Below are positions 1-12,700 of a stretch of 64,000 bases of DNA, in pieces; position 1 is the stretch's first letter, and the number at the start of each line of letters is the position of its first letter. This DNA is from Tubiluchus corallicola (Eukaryota; Animalia; Priapulida): positions 1 to 64,000 of the forward strand of contig JAQGDQ010000231.1 of NCBI GenBank assembly GCA_030141605.1, in the 5' to 3' direction. A program made the translations under genes and the position numbers. The notes beneath the pieces are model-generated. The model was not told the origin of the DNA. It worked only from the letters and a program-made list of their open reading frames with translations, and did not search any database.

Positions 1-245
1 CACCATTGCCACCACCACCACCACTGCCACTAAGTATTATCAAGACTAACATCATTACCGTAACCACTATTATCAACATTATCATCGTCATCCGCCTCAT
101 CATCATCATCATCGTCAATCATCATCATCGTTATCATCATCAACATTTAATTCCTCCTCTTTCTCCTCCTCCCTCGCGATTATTGTTCTTACCATCATCA
201 TCGTTGTTATCAACATGACTATGACCTATACTAACGCCACACCAA
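1..245. repeat. CAC/CAT/CCT-rich low-complexity tract upstream of the GRP1 signal exon
   Basis: Degenerate (CAC)n/(CAT)n trinucleotide runs; the ORF 6..218 is a by-product. Confidence 0.8.
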
Positions 246-342
246 AACATTTACAATACCATTTTTAGTTCTTAGCTTAAAGCGTATGTATTGATACAAG
301 CTTTCATATTATACCTTTTTTCAGCGCAACTGACCTGCAGTC

Positions 343-375
343 ATGAAGACCCTTATTTTCCTGGTTGTTCTGTCG
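343..375 (+). CDS. GRP1 coding exon 1 (signal peptide N-half, MKTLIFLVVLS)
   Basis: ATG at 343, 11 mostly hydrophobic codons, then TCG|GTAAGT donor; acceptor ttttttcag| at 324; same layout at 13525, 20234 and 32865. Confidence 0.9.
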
Positions 376-504
376 GTAAGTAGCCTAATGTTTAAATCTA
401 ACATAAAATATATATACTTTGCAATGTTAAAGAATACCCCCATCAAGTGTTGATCCGTAACGCTTCTTTGATTATGTAGTTAAAACAAAAAATAAAAATA
501 CAAG

Positions 505-584
505 GAGTCAACGCAGATTTATGGATGGTTATTAGATTAACAGACATGCCATAGTCTATGAACCGTATAAATCTACGTTGACTC
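505..584. mobile_element. Short hairpin / tiny MITE-like inverted repeat
   Basis: GAGTCAACGCAGATTTAT...ATAAATCTACGTTGACTC, imperfect arms of about 30 bp. Confidence 0.55.
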
Positions 585-628
585 TGTAGAAGTTCGTTTT
601 TTATAATAATTAATAATTTGTTACTTTG

Positions 629-640
629 TATATGTATATA

Positions 641-675
<35 letters not shown>
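629..675. repeat. (TA)n microsatellite
   Basis: Interrupted TA run. Confidence 0.9.
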
Positions 676-678
<3 letters not shown>

Positions 679-2634
679 TGAATAATTCTGTTACATGTTT
701 TATATAGACATTTGTTTTAGAGTAGCTTTTGTTGACGATGGAATTATAAATGTAGGATACACCATACATAGTTACGTTTTTCTCTGGTAAACTTAAAATT
801 TAATATAACAGTAAAAATAGTAATAATAGTAATAATAATAATGATGATGATGATGACGACAACGACAACAATAATAATGGTAATTAAATTCTTAATTGCT
901 TTAAAATTGCACCCCAAGGAATGGTAAACTACACATTCCGAAAAATGATGATACAATCAAATGATGTAACAAACTGTAGTCAGCAATAGAGTTACTAGAG
1001 TAAAATAAAGCTTCATTTAAAATAAAAAACGAGTAAAATTCTAATGACAATAACTACATTTCTTAAACTCACATTAAATATATAACTAAATGTAATTTAT
1101 CACGTTTGAAATTGTGCTTGTGCTTGTGATCAGCCATGTTCATTTTTATCACCTCGGTCGAGACAGTTTTTAGTTCATTTACAAGTAAGGCAGGACAAAC
1201 TGAAAAATGTCAAATTATATTTCCCGACCAATTTATATATTAGACCTCGGACTGTGCACGGAGTAATCTGATGTTAATAAAGCATGTATTCAGTTGCTTG
1301 GAGCGCTTAGTTAATATCAGTGTCAATTTTTACAAAAACGCAGCACTGACAGGATGCTATTTTCTAAATTAACATACAAACAATAGAGTTTTTGCAAACT
1401 CTCATATCAACTAGTAAGGCATTTTTTTCAAATTTAACGATGTAGTGTTCAAATCCAATATTGCGAGCTTATCCAAAGCTTAATTCAGGTTCAAGAAGTC
1501 CGCAGTGACGTTAAGTTATCTAATTATATAACGACAGCTTTCTCTAACAAACGTTATTACAGCTACATAATAAGTAAGTTTTGTAAACAAGTTTTCATTT
1601 TCAAGATATTTGCTGATTTGCTGGTAGATATTTTCTCATTTATTTTTCTTATTGCGTGAACAAGAGACATTGCTACTCAGTTTGCTAAATCTTGTGCACG
1701 GAGATTTTTGTAGTAGTGTTACATCTGCTTTTTTGTTACAGTCAAGGCTGATAGTACGGTACAGTACGAAGAAATACCGAACTTCGTACCTCCAAGAAAT
1801 ATCGTACCGTAATTCCGTACCAAATTTCGTACCTTGTGCACGTAGGAGCTACTATAAAAAGATAAAAAGTGGCGTAAAAAGTAATTGTAGAAACGATAAG
1901 TTTATCTATTATTGTTTAACTGTAGAAACGATAAGTTTATCAATTATTGTTATGAATTTATGCGCACTATGGAAACAGTACTGCTGTTTGAACTTCCATA
2001 CTATTTATTTTAGGTTACAAAAGTTGCACGAAATTATGCAAGAGATATAAATTTATTTTGAATACTTTTTCATAATAAATAATTTTGTGGTAGACACGGC
2101 GAGTTACGGTCATTAACTAGATTTTAATGGTTGTCTTAAATTCCGTGCTAACGAGTCACAAATTTTTAGTGATGATTCGTATTTAGTCTATTGCCTAAAA
2201 CATTTGCAACTATATCATGGAGTCTGACGTATAAAGTCGGTACGTCTCAGATTTCTTTCGTTGACAAAGCAAATATTTACCTCAGATGCAGATTTTTTTA
2301 AAACAAGAACGAATGTAAGAGAAAACGGCACAGGTAAAAAGGTGCAATTTTTTACCGTGCTATTTACCTTTTTACCGTGCACTGCAGTACATTCCCATAC
2401 AATTATCAGAAATAGCAGTTACAGCAGCCGTGTTACATGAATAGGCGACAAACGTGGTAAGCAATATACCCAGTTTGCTTACATACAACAATAAAAGCAA
2501 GGTAATTTGCGGGAAATGACAACCAGCGCTTCTAAACAACTTGCCATTTTTGCATCCAAAGCGAACCAATCTAGCCTTTTGTTTGTGTGTGTTCTGCGTT
2601 AATTAGAGGAGAACAATAAGTCTCCACCCATGAT

Positions 2635-3362
2635 CAGGCTGGCAGTACGGTAGCACGAAAAATATCATACTTCGTACCTCTAAAAAATTTCATACCAAAT
2701 TTCGTACCAAGTTCATGTAGGATTTAGTATAAAAAGATAAAGAGTAGCATAAAAATTAATTGTAAAAACGATAAGTTTATCAATTATTGTTATGAATTTA
2801 TGCATACTATAAAAAATTGCTGTTTGAACTTCCAAACTATTTATTTTAGATTCTAAAAGCTACACGATACAGGCTATGCTATTATATTATATACAAATCA
2901 GACTAAGCATCTCTAAGTTCTAAGCATTTCTCATTAATGATATACATTTTGAAATGTTCTTGCTTCAACAGAATCTGCACAGCTTGAGATGTGCAGCAAA
3001 TTACTACACTATAACTAGGATTAACAGTTAAAACAACGGCGTTACATGAATTGGTGTCAAGCGTGGGAAGCAACCCGTAAACATAAACATAATTTACGGG
3101 AAATAACAACTCCAGCTTCCAAACAGCTTGTGGCTTGTGTAGTTTTTGCACTAAAAAGGAACCAATTTATAGGTTTTGTTTGCGTGTGCTCTCACTGCTC
3201 TGTGTTAATTAGGGGAGAAAAATAAGTTCTACACATCAGCAAAATAAGTCGTCACAGTGAGTTGCTGGCCAATAGAAACATTCCTAGAAACTGGGGATAA
3301 ATGGTACGGAAAAGGTACGAAAAAATACCGTAATTTCGTACCGTACCGTACTGCCAGTCTTG
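2635..3362. mobile_element. hAT-type element B, same family as A, nested inside A
   Basis: TIRs CAGGCTGGCAGTACGGTA...TACCGTACTGCCAGTCTTG; internal sequence parallels A (2640-2860 vs 1750-2030); TSD CCCATGAT (2627-2634) / CCCATGAG (3363-3370). Confidence 0.85.
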
Positions 3363-3370
3363 CCCATGAG

Positions 3371-3881
3371 CAGGCTGCATAAGATTATGGATATCCATAA
3401 AATAAGACCAAAAATCCATAAAATAAAATTTGAAAAATCCATAAAATAAGAAATGCATAAAATAAAAAAATATTTTTTTTTGTGATTTTTTTGTACAAAA
3501 TATGGCAATCAAAACTGAATACAGGCATTGGATCGGAAACTTCAGCCTAGAGGGCATTCTACATTCGTACCAAATAGATGAATTATTTGAACTGAAGTGA
3601 TGAATTACAAGGCATTGTCTCGTAAAATTTGATTAAATTTGAAGTGATATGAAACCGATAAAATTAAAACGAAACCGATAAAATTAAAACTAAGTCGTGC
3701 GTGTTTAAAAACACGTTTCAAACACTCCTGTTTTTACTTTTTAATTGATTTCCCCCTGGGCATCTCGTTCCAGATATAGTCTATTTCTTATTTTATTGAT
3801 ATCCATAAAATAAAATTTCAAAAATCCATAAAATAAGCTATTTTATTTATTTTATACATATCCATAATCTTATGCACCCTG
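3371..3881. mobile_element. hAT-type MITE C (different family), nested inside A next to B
   Basis: TIRs CAGGCTGCATAAGATTATGGATAT...ATATCCATAATCTTATGCACCCTG; exact TSD CCCATGAG at 3363-3370 and 3882-3889; subterminal ATCCATAAAATAA repeats. Confidence 0.88.
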
Positions 3882-4120
3882 CCCATGAGGCAAAACCAGT
3901 CGTGATGTTGAGCTGCTGACCAATGAATTCGTTACAAGAAGCGGAATAAAATGGTACGGAAAGGGTACGAAAAAAATTCCGTGCCATACTGTTGAAAAAA
4001 TGCCGTCCTTTTAAGAGCATTTTTCGCACCGTACCGTACCATACTGCCAGCCTTGGTTACAGTATTGTGTGGTTGATTTGATGCTAAAATTACATAGCGG
4101 AATTACTCTTCCCAACGATT

Positions 4121-4277
4121 AATTCGTTATTCTCATTTCTCTGTCCAAAGAATAATTCGTCATGGTCATTTCCCTGTCCAAAGAATAATTCGTCATGGTC
4201 ATTTTCCTGTCCAAAGAATAATTCGTTTTACTCCTTTTTCTGTCCAAAGAATAATTCGTTATACTCATTTCGTGTCC
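4121..4277. repeat. 33-bp minisatellite, about 4.5 copies
   Basis: CTGTCCAAAGAATAATTCGT recurs at 4141, 4174, 4207 and 4240. Confidence 0.9.
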
Positions 4278-4562
4278 TAAGATTGTCATGTCATGAACCT
4301 TAAGCGTTTTTGTAAAGAATTTTGTGATAAACATTTTTTATTCATTATTTAACTAAATTTCAGATATTTTTAGGTTTCAAAATCATTTGGGGTTTTTGTA
4401 GTTACAGATACAGAATGAAGTACAGTACGTGACATGGGACATTTCATATCAAACATTTTATAATTTCTGTACGTTGTGGAAGAGTTCACAATTATCACAA
4501 CTTTGTTACTATACTATCATCTCTTTACTACAGTTTAGTATTTCAACATACTCTGTTTTCAG

Positions 4563-5324
4563 ATGATAGTCACATTAAGTTTTTCTGCTGGAAATAACCA
4601 AGGATATGGACGTGGTGGAGGAAGCGGCTATGGCGGTGATCAACACAAAGGTCATAGTGGAGGAAGCGGCTATGGCGATGGTAAACACAAAGGTCAAAAT
4701 GGAGGAAGTGGCTATGGCGGTGATCAACACAAAGGTCATAGTGGAGGAAGCGGCTATGGCGATGGTAAACACAAAGGTCATAGTGGAGGAAGCGGCTATG
4801 GCAGTGGAAACAACAAAGGTCATGGGGGAGGAGGCGGCTATGGAAGTTCACATAATAATAATAATGGAGGTAACGGTTATGGGAGCGGAGGAACCGGTTT
4901 TGGAACTAGTGGGTTTGGAAATACTGGGTTTGGTACATTTGGCACTGGATTTGGAACTGGTGGTAATGGATTTAGCACTGGAGGATTTGGTACTGGAGGA
5001 TTCAACAGTGGATTTGGCACTGCATTTAATACTGGGGGACTCAACAGTGGACTTGGCACTGGATTTAATACTGGGGGATTCAACAGTGGATTTGGCAGTG
5101 GATTTAATACTGGGGGATTGAATAGTGGATTTGGCACCAATGGCTTTACCAGCGCTGGTTTTGAAAGTGTTGTTCGCAATCTTAATCGAAACAGTGGATA
5201 TGGTAAAAATACTAAAGGTCATGGTAGTCGGAATAATGGTCATGGGGGTAGAAATAAAGGTGGTAATAGTGGCGGATATGGTAGAAGAACCAGTGGTTAT
5301 GGCAATGGTAATGGAAGACACTAA
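4563..5324 (+). CDS. GRP1 exon 2: secreted Gly-rich protein (264 aa when spliced), His/Lys/Tyr repeats + GF block + basic tail, no Cys
   Basis: Acceptor ctgttttcag|ATG; phase-0 join gives signal-like MKTLIFLVVLSMIVTLSFSA; 14-aa GGSGYGxxxHKGxx and 13-aa TGG(F/L)NSGxGxxFN repeats; TAA at 5322-5324. Confidence 0.9.
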   Translation: MIVTLSFSAGNNQGYGRGGGSGYGGDQHKGHSGGSGYGDGKHKGQNGGSGYGGDQHKGHSGGSGYGDGKHKGHSGGSGYGSGNNKGHGGGGGYGSSHNNNNGGNGYGSGGTGFGTSGFGNTGFGTFGTGFGTGGNGFSTGGFGTGGFNSGFGTAFNTGGLNSGLGTGFNTGGFNSGFGSGFNTGGLNSGFGTNGFTSAGFESVVRNLNRNSGYGKNTKGHGSRNNGHGGRNKGGNSGGYGRRTSGYGNGNGRH

Positions 5325-5594
5325 GGTGTCGTTAGGCAAGCTCAGTAAAGTACTACACGCACTCGATTTAGGGAAGTACCCGGAATTCTGGTTTTTTAAT
5401 CTGAAGAATATTTTGTCTTGGAGAATGTAGGCTTAAAATGAAAACTGAGACATAAACTTCACTAGTTTGGTGATAGTAATGTGAAGTGATGTTATAACTG
5501 TTACCGTAGTGTTAATGGTCACTTTTGAAACGATGATGTTTCTAAAGTGACTATTACCAAAACAAACAAAAACAAGCTAAAATAACTGTTTCTA

Positions 5595-5600
5595 AATAAA
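5595..5600 (+). promoter_or_regulatory. Candidate polyadenylation signal of GRP1
   Basis: AATAAA about 270 nt after the stop codon. Confidence 0.5.
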
Positions 5601-8529
5601 ATGTCAGCAATGGTGAAAACGTAGAAGCATTACAGGTGTAACCTTCAGAAAACGCCATTCATTTTCCCTATTCGGTGCTGCAGGCTTGGGTTTTTATATA
5701 TTAAGAACTCAATATGCTTACACTACGATCTTTACAATTATGTGGGGTGGCTCACAAAATTTTTTACTTAATTCAAAGTCCAACAATTTTGAATGTCTTA
5801 ATAGAACGATGAAACAGCAACACCTTAACAAAGGTATAAATTTTGGATTTGGTGGAGGTTTTTACGCTGTAATTGGGTTAAGTGGCAAAGTAAAAATACG
5901 ACTCAAGAAATGGCTTGCCAATCCTTAATTAAAAGCAAATGTTCAACGTAACTATTACCTTGCTGGCACTGGTTCCGGCAAAAAAGTTCGAGGAAGGTTC
6001 TCTCCAAACTTTATCTAACACACGAATCGCCCCATGAATTTATAGATTTTTGAGTGAATTCATTTTTGACAATCCTCAAGCTGCAGTGTAGTTCTGCACG
6101 TCAAATTTGAGCACATTCACATCTGCGAAAGAATTTTGGGACATATTTTGAAAATTAGAAGTGTCTTTTTGCATTTTTTCTACAGGTCATTAATTGCTTA
6201 AAATCGAGAAAATGTCCTAACACTGTTTGTCATTTGTTAAAACTGTTTGACAAGCGTTTTTCTGACATGAACTGTTTTTGGCAATATGTTCCTATGTTTT
6301 ACCAATACCATGACAAAACAGTAGCTTTTAGATTTTCAAAATTTGAGGCATTGCTAAAGAAAGTATTAATGTGCCAATGTGTGCTAAATTTTCGTTGATT
6401 AAGATTCGAATAATGTAAACTGTTAAACTCAAAATGAAGTAAAGTTTTATTTGAACAAAAATAACGGCAAAATTCGGTAATTATTATTATCATTACACTC
6501 ATATGCAGTTTTTCTGTTGCGTTGTTAAGTTTAATTGTTGGCTTTAGCGGTTTTTGAGGTTGTTTTAATGTTACTGTATTTTGCTATTTATTGTTATTAA
6601 TTACGGCACTTGCTGTTTATTTTTTCAGTACGGTTAATTTGTTGTTAAGATTTGCCAACATGTTGGTTATCATAATAAAGATGTCATGTCAAAGTTACCT
6701 CTGAAAATGTTACATTTCTGATGTTTTGTCCCGGTGTGAATTAGAGACGGTATTGGTAATCTGTCTGCAACATTTTCTTGTACAGTTGCTTCCAGTAGTA
6801 TTTACTTGTAAAGCTTGTAGGCTTTACAACCGCTGACTAATATGGTTTCTTCCAAAAATATTTAATAATTGCATTCGCATTGTGATAATAATGACTTTTA
6901 TGTAATGTCGACAATTAAAACATTTCTGTAACAAAAAAATTGGCTTTATTTTTCTGTTGATGCATCTACAGATTCCGTCTATATGACAGTATACCACATA
7001 CCTTGTGATTTTTGCTGTTGTTTTAGAAAATACAGTGTAAATAAATTTGTTAAATTGCTAGCACCAGTGTATAATTACACCGCATATGTTCAATTTAAGC
7101 CAAACCCCAAGAAAAGTTTTGATATTTAAAGTATGCTGAGGTACACTGAACGCGCTAAAGTAGTTATATAAAGCCTAAAGGCATAAAATAAAAAGAAAGT
7201 TAATTGGTTCAGACTGACCGACATCCACCACAATAATAATACATTCAAGGATACTTACTGCATATTGCATAAAAGCGCCAGCATTCTTATATCAAAATGA
7301 TGAAATGACGTACACTCAGAAGAAAGTCTTCAAGTTTTGCACAATATCTTTGAAGCCTGAAAGCGAATTTGCAATTATAGCTGGCATTCAGAGTGCGACA
7401 ACCAGTAAAAAAGGAGTCTTTCCTGTTGCAACAACTTATAGCAGCTGAAATCAAGGAACCAAGTAGGGAACCACACAACTCTGCCCTAATGTGTTTGTCA
7501 CTTTATGTCATGTTTGTTACCTTTCAGTGGTAGCTAATGAATTTTGTCTATCCAACCCAAGTCAATTCAATTCATTTAGTCCGCAAATAAATATATACAT
7601 CTACATCAAATGTGCTTAATTATCAAATATAGATACATAAGAATAACAACAATAATATTACAATTTAACACAGGATGTTGCAGATTTAAGAAGCAATCTC
7701 ATGTAAAGCCATCAGTACTGGTAGTGAATATTTTATTGGCCCACCAGGTTAGTAGCTTGTTGGAGTGTCTAGGAGGAAAAAGTGCAGATATGTGGCCACT
7801 TGCGCTGGTTGCAAAATTTGCTACATTGTGCAACATTTTCTGTTCTTACAATTCTTAAAAATAACCGAAAAATGCACTAACTAAACAATTGTAATTGTGG
7901 AGGCAGACAAAGCTTGACATGCAAATGTCTAAATAAAAAATGAATGGGCTTTTGAACATTAAAAGGTCAAGATAAAAGACAATTTTGTTGATTTGTTGTG
8001 CGAGTTTATGTCTATAGTCTATTAGAAAATTAATAGAACTATACAAATTTGATGTTTTACACTCTACTAGGCGGGAAATACGTTTAATTTAGTTACTAGA
8101 AATTTACTTTTTATAAACACACACTGATTTACACGCTTTCACTCTACACTATTTGGAACACAGTTCATGTTAGTGCATCCACACACACAGAAGCGTGACA
8201 CAGGACGTTTCGCTGAGCAAGAAATAAGTGTAAAAAGATTCTGGACACTGCAAAGCTGAAATATGCAGAATAAGTCCAAAGCTCAATTTTCCTATGCTAC
8301 TGAGTATAATTGGCGTTACAAATAAAATTTCAAGAGTTTATAACGTCTCAAAGTTTCTAAAATTAAAAACAAGGCTAGAGCTGAAGTAAAAAACATTTAG
8401 CTAATAAGCTAATAAATCAGTCACTGATTATAGAAAATTAGCAAAAATCACGTGGATTTTACCCTGGAAATTCTAGCTGACCTACCTGCAGGGCATTGAT
8501 CTTATAATATTTCGCTAACCTTCCAAGTA

Positions 8530-9750
8530 AATGTCTGCCAAGATTTGAAGCAGAATCCTCTTGCCGGATTTCTTCTATCAAGGTTTGAATCACAAATCCT
8601 TTCGATTTCAGCTGTCAAGATTTTTTAAGCAGGACCTTTCTGTTGGACAGCTGTTTGTCAAGATGAGAACCAAAAAACCCCAACGGACTTCAGATGTGAA
8701 TATTTGAACCCAGAACCTTTCTGTTGGACAACTGTACGTCAAGATTAGAACCAAAACACTCCAATGGGCTTCAGATGTGAAGATTTGAACTAGCAATGTC
8801 TTGGTATATTTTAGCTATCAAAATTTAGACCAGAAACCCATGGTTCTGCTAACCGCTATGCCCTCAGGGGCTGCTGAGCTGTGAACCTTCTCACTGGACA
8901 CAGTATTGTCATTTATTGTAGCAATAATTCTACCTTCACTCTTATTCTCTAGGCGTTTGCTGTTATTTACATAAAGTAGATCTTTGAAGACTTTGAAGAC
9001 CAGCAGGAAGTTTATGGTTTAAATCTTGAAACACGTGCAGGACGGTCCAAAAACTATAAAAGTATGCAAAAACAGGCTATATTAAGTCGAGTGAGATTTG
9101 CGAACCACATCACGTTGACCAAAAATACACACGAATGACATGATTCCTAATCATGATGTGCATAACATTTCAAATATGAGAGTGCCAGGGGCCAGTCAAG
9201 TGATCGTTCAGATTTCATAGCACGATTTTCTTGTCAAAATGCGCACGTGACATTGACTTATTCATGCTTGGCCCATTTAGAAACGATGCCCCATTTCTTG
9301 ATCTGAATACTGGCTTTGCCGCTGGTAATGCTGATGCTTGTAGCGTATGTTGGAAGCTAGCTCGTTATCAATCTTTTGAGTTGAGACACTGAACCTAGAG
9401 AGTTTCTTAGCTGCCATTCAGATATATATATGCGTCGTTCTTGAATTAAAGAAAACACCGGAGGGCGCTGTGATAGATTTCTTCTATCAAGATTTAAACC
9501 ACAAACTTCTGTTAGATCTCAGCTGTCAAGATTTGCACTGGAAACCTCCTAGTGGACTTCTCCTATCAAAATTTCTACCAAAAGACGTCATGCTGGATTT
9601 CATCCACAAAGATTTGAACCAGAACATTTCTGTTGGACGGCTGTTCGTCAAGATTAGAATAAAAAATCTCTTACGGACTTCAGATGTGAAGATTTGAACC
9701 AGCTACTTCTTGACAGATTTTGGCTGTCAAGTTTTAGACCAGAAACAAGA
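8530..9750. repeat. Two blocks (8530-8840, 9470-9750) of degenerate ~35-bp tandem units, probably TE-internal satellite
   Basis: Recurrent CAAGATTT(G/A)AACCAGAA and GGACTTCAGATGTGAAGATTTGAAC in both blocks. Confidence 0.7.
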
Positions 9751-12700
9751 ACCTAGAACAGTTCCCGGCTGTTGCTGATCCATTTTTAACCAGACGTTGG
9801 CATTGTTTAACTTTGCGATGAAGCACACATAGAACGACTACTCAGCTATTCGTCTTCCCTTAAGTGGCTATAATCCCATTTATTTATTGATTTATTATTT
9901 ATTTTATCTTATAAAAAAAATCATAGAGTCAGAACAAACAACACATTAAATAATAATCGTCTGTATCACACAGAGACACTACACTTTTTCTATTTAAAAG
10001 GAAACGAAAAGACACTTTTAACGCATGTCTCAAAAAACTTTTTGTACAAAGTTATGTTACTTTGTGTTACGCTTACCTGTTTGACAGAGATATGTAAACG
10101 AAAAAGAAAATTCGCGCCAACTGGTAAAACGTCACTGTTTCAGTATACGTGCTCACAAAAAAAACACAAATTATTAATCTTATTGTCAAGATAAAGTAAT
10201 TTCTACTTTTGCTTGCTTAGTGAAGTGTACGCTAAGAATGCTCTGGTTATTTTTTCAAACTTTTATGTTTTCTAAACTTGATTCGAACCACTTGGCGTCA
10301 AAATGACTGCCCGTAACAGTCATCGTGGTAGTTTAGATTTTCAAGTTTTATACAGTGTTGCTTATAATACAAGCTCTGTGTGCAATGAAAAGTATGTAGG
10401 TGGTACAAAGTTTCAAGAAGATTTTTTAAGTTTTATGTAGGAATAGTGTTTTCTACGGCGACACCGAATAGGGAAAAGCTGGGAAGAACAAGAAGTGTTT
10501 TCTGTGCTTTAATATTTTTGTCACTCACAGAATTAAAATTAATCGATTCCCCTAACCTTATTGTTAGGTCGTCTACTTTACCATCTTGATAAAATTCTCA
10601 TGAGTTTTGCCAGAATTCAGATTGATGTACAAAGCTTTACCAATACCTGACCGTGTTTTCGGTTTTAAAAATAAATAAACAGAAACATTTCGAATCTTGG
10701 CTATGAAAACTACTGGACACCCTATTAGGTGAGGTAAGTAGGTAAGCGTTTAGCAAGCGGCAATCGAAAAACGAGCTACCTGGCTAGACGCTTTGTTGAG
10801 GGCGGATGTTTACAGCACCTAAACGAGGCTAAACATCTAGAGAATCAGTATTACTTCTTACAGAATTGGTAATGACCAAGTCCCGGTCCCGCATCAACAC
10901 ATCTGTAGGTTTGCTGTTGTGAACTAGGTCCCGGCTTGCAGTGTGCTAAACTGTCTAATTTGTATACTATCATCTCGAAACGTACTGAAATTAAGTGGAT
11001 AAAATAGATGATTTATTAATAGGCAAATTATATATTTTGACTACCGAGCGGCAGCAATTTTCAAGAATACATACAAGTTTAATACGTTTATATAGACTTA
11101 GTTAGCATGTACTGTTGAGAATAGTTGCTGTTATGCAGTAGAAATATTGAGCTTACCAATTAGTAAAATAATCATCTCCTGTACTCCTGCGCTAAACTGC
11201 ACGTACACGTATACGTACTTTTGTGAAAAAAGGGTTCATCCTCCTAACTACAAACTGCCGGAATACATTATTTTATAAATGAATAAATATAGTGCAATGC
11301 CCGCGGGTTAGTATATTTATTCCATTGTCACATCACGTTGTTATTATTTTTTAACATGTTACTTTTAATTGCCGGCATAAGAAAGGTGTTTATCAACTGT
11401 TTGGCGAAATCAGTCCTGCATTTAAATTAAGATAAACTGTAATTTGTAAGCATAGATAGTGACAACGCTACCTTCTAGCGACAGTGACAAAGGACATTAT
11501 GCATCGACTGTTGCCTAGTGGCCTATCTTTTTTGTCATTAACACATTTACGTTGGACATGAAAGTGAATAATATTCATAAGTACGCACTGTGAATGAAAA
11601 TCACAGAGTGGAACATTGTTATATAAACCGATGTAACCACAAGTTAAAGAGTTAAAATAATAACTTAGCTCACCAAAGGGAAGTGTTTGGATTAGAAAAG
11701 GTAGGATATTCATTTTTTATAAATTTCTGCTAATTAGGCCTATATAAAACTCCTACTGTTTGAAGAAATTTGTTTTCTTTACTTTTGCTAGTTTTGTTAA
11801 AAACGCCGCAGTAATGGCTCCTATGCATAGATTCCTCAAACTTCATTACACACATTTGTCTGTATTTTTTTCAAGTTTTTCACTAATCTCAGCAAATTCT
11901 GGCGTGAATGAAACAGTTTTCGAAAATTATTTTGGCTTTTAAGCTAAATTACGGCTCTTTAATATGACGATCTTCTTAACGCTTGATTTCCTCGTCTGAC
12001 TGATTTGTCGTCGAGGCCCTCTAGAGTGGAATACTGTGATCTAATCTGTCATATTAGGCTCTCTGCGGTTTTTTAAATGAAGCATGGAAAAACTTTATAC
12101 AACAAGACTAAGTCAAATCTGGGCTACTGCTTCAGCTTGTATATCAACCCACTTGACAGATGATCGTATGCAATATCGTGTTGTCAGTTTGGTGGGATCA
12201 GGGCTGAGGAAGATGATTTCAAGACTTCGGTCTTTGACTAACCCCAATTTCTTCAAGAAAAAACTGATCAGATACCTATAAGTAGCAAAATAAGTGGTTA
12301 TAAGAATTGCATTTTTCTGAACGTATATTCACATTTTTGTTTTATTATTGTAATCTTACAATGAGTGGCCGTTGTCCTTAATTAACTTTCCAAAAGCTTC
12401 ATCTTAACTTCTTTCAGTTTTTCAAGTTATTGGACTACAGTTTTGTCTCTCGTTTGGCTTATATGGGTAGATATCCGTACGCCTGCTCATTTTTTTTTCA
12501 AAAAATATTTCACGATATTTCATGTGGCTGTGCCGCCTATTTTCCTATTTAAATTTTATTGTTTAGTATTTAGTACCGCAGTTACTATTAGAAATAGTTT
12601 CATAGACGAAGGTTAAAGTACAAAGTGATTTAACCCCCTTACGCAAAACCCTTGATCTAACCTTTCCCCTTTGGATCAAATAATTTTTCCTTGCTTGTCC

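Larger units (their letters stand above)
1743..4055. mobile_element. Non-autonomous hAT-type element A (outer), in the GRP1 intron
   Basis: TIRs CAAGGCTGATAGTACGGTAC...GTACCATACTGCCAGCCTTG; exact 8-bp TSD GTTACAGT at 1735-1742 and 4056-4063. Confidence 0.88.

Noticed and set aside
4121-4277. 20-bp conserved repeat with 13-bp variable spacers (CRISPR-like)
   Set aside because: The spacers are short and similar to each other; it is an ordinary 33-bp minisatellite
4570-5430. Overlapping ORFs in other frames and strands over GRP1 (and likewise over GRP2, GRP3 and GRP4, up to 747 aa)
   Set aside because: Shadow ORFs of GGN-rich repeats, which lack stops in several frames; only the Gly frame joins the signal exon and has canonical splice sites
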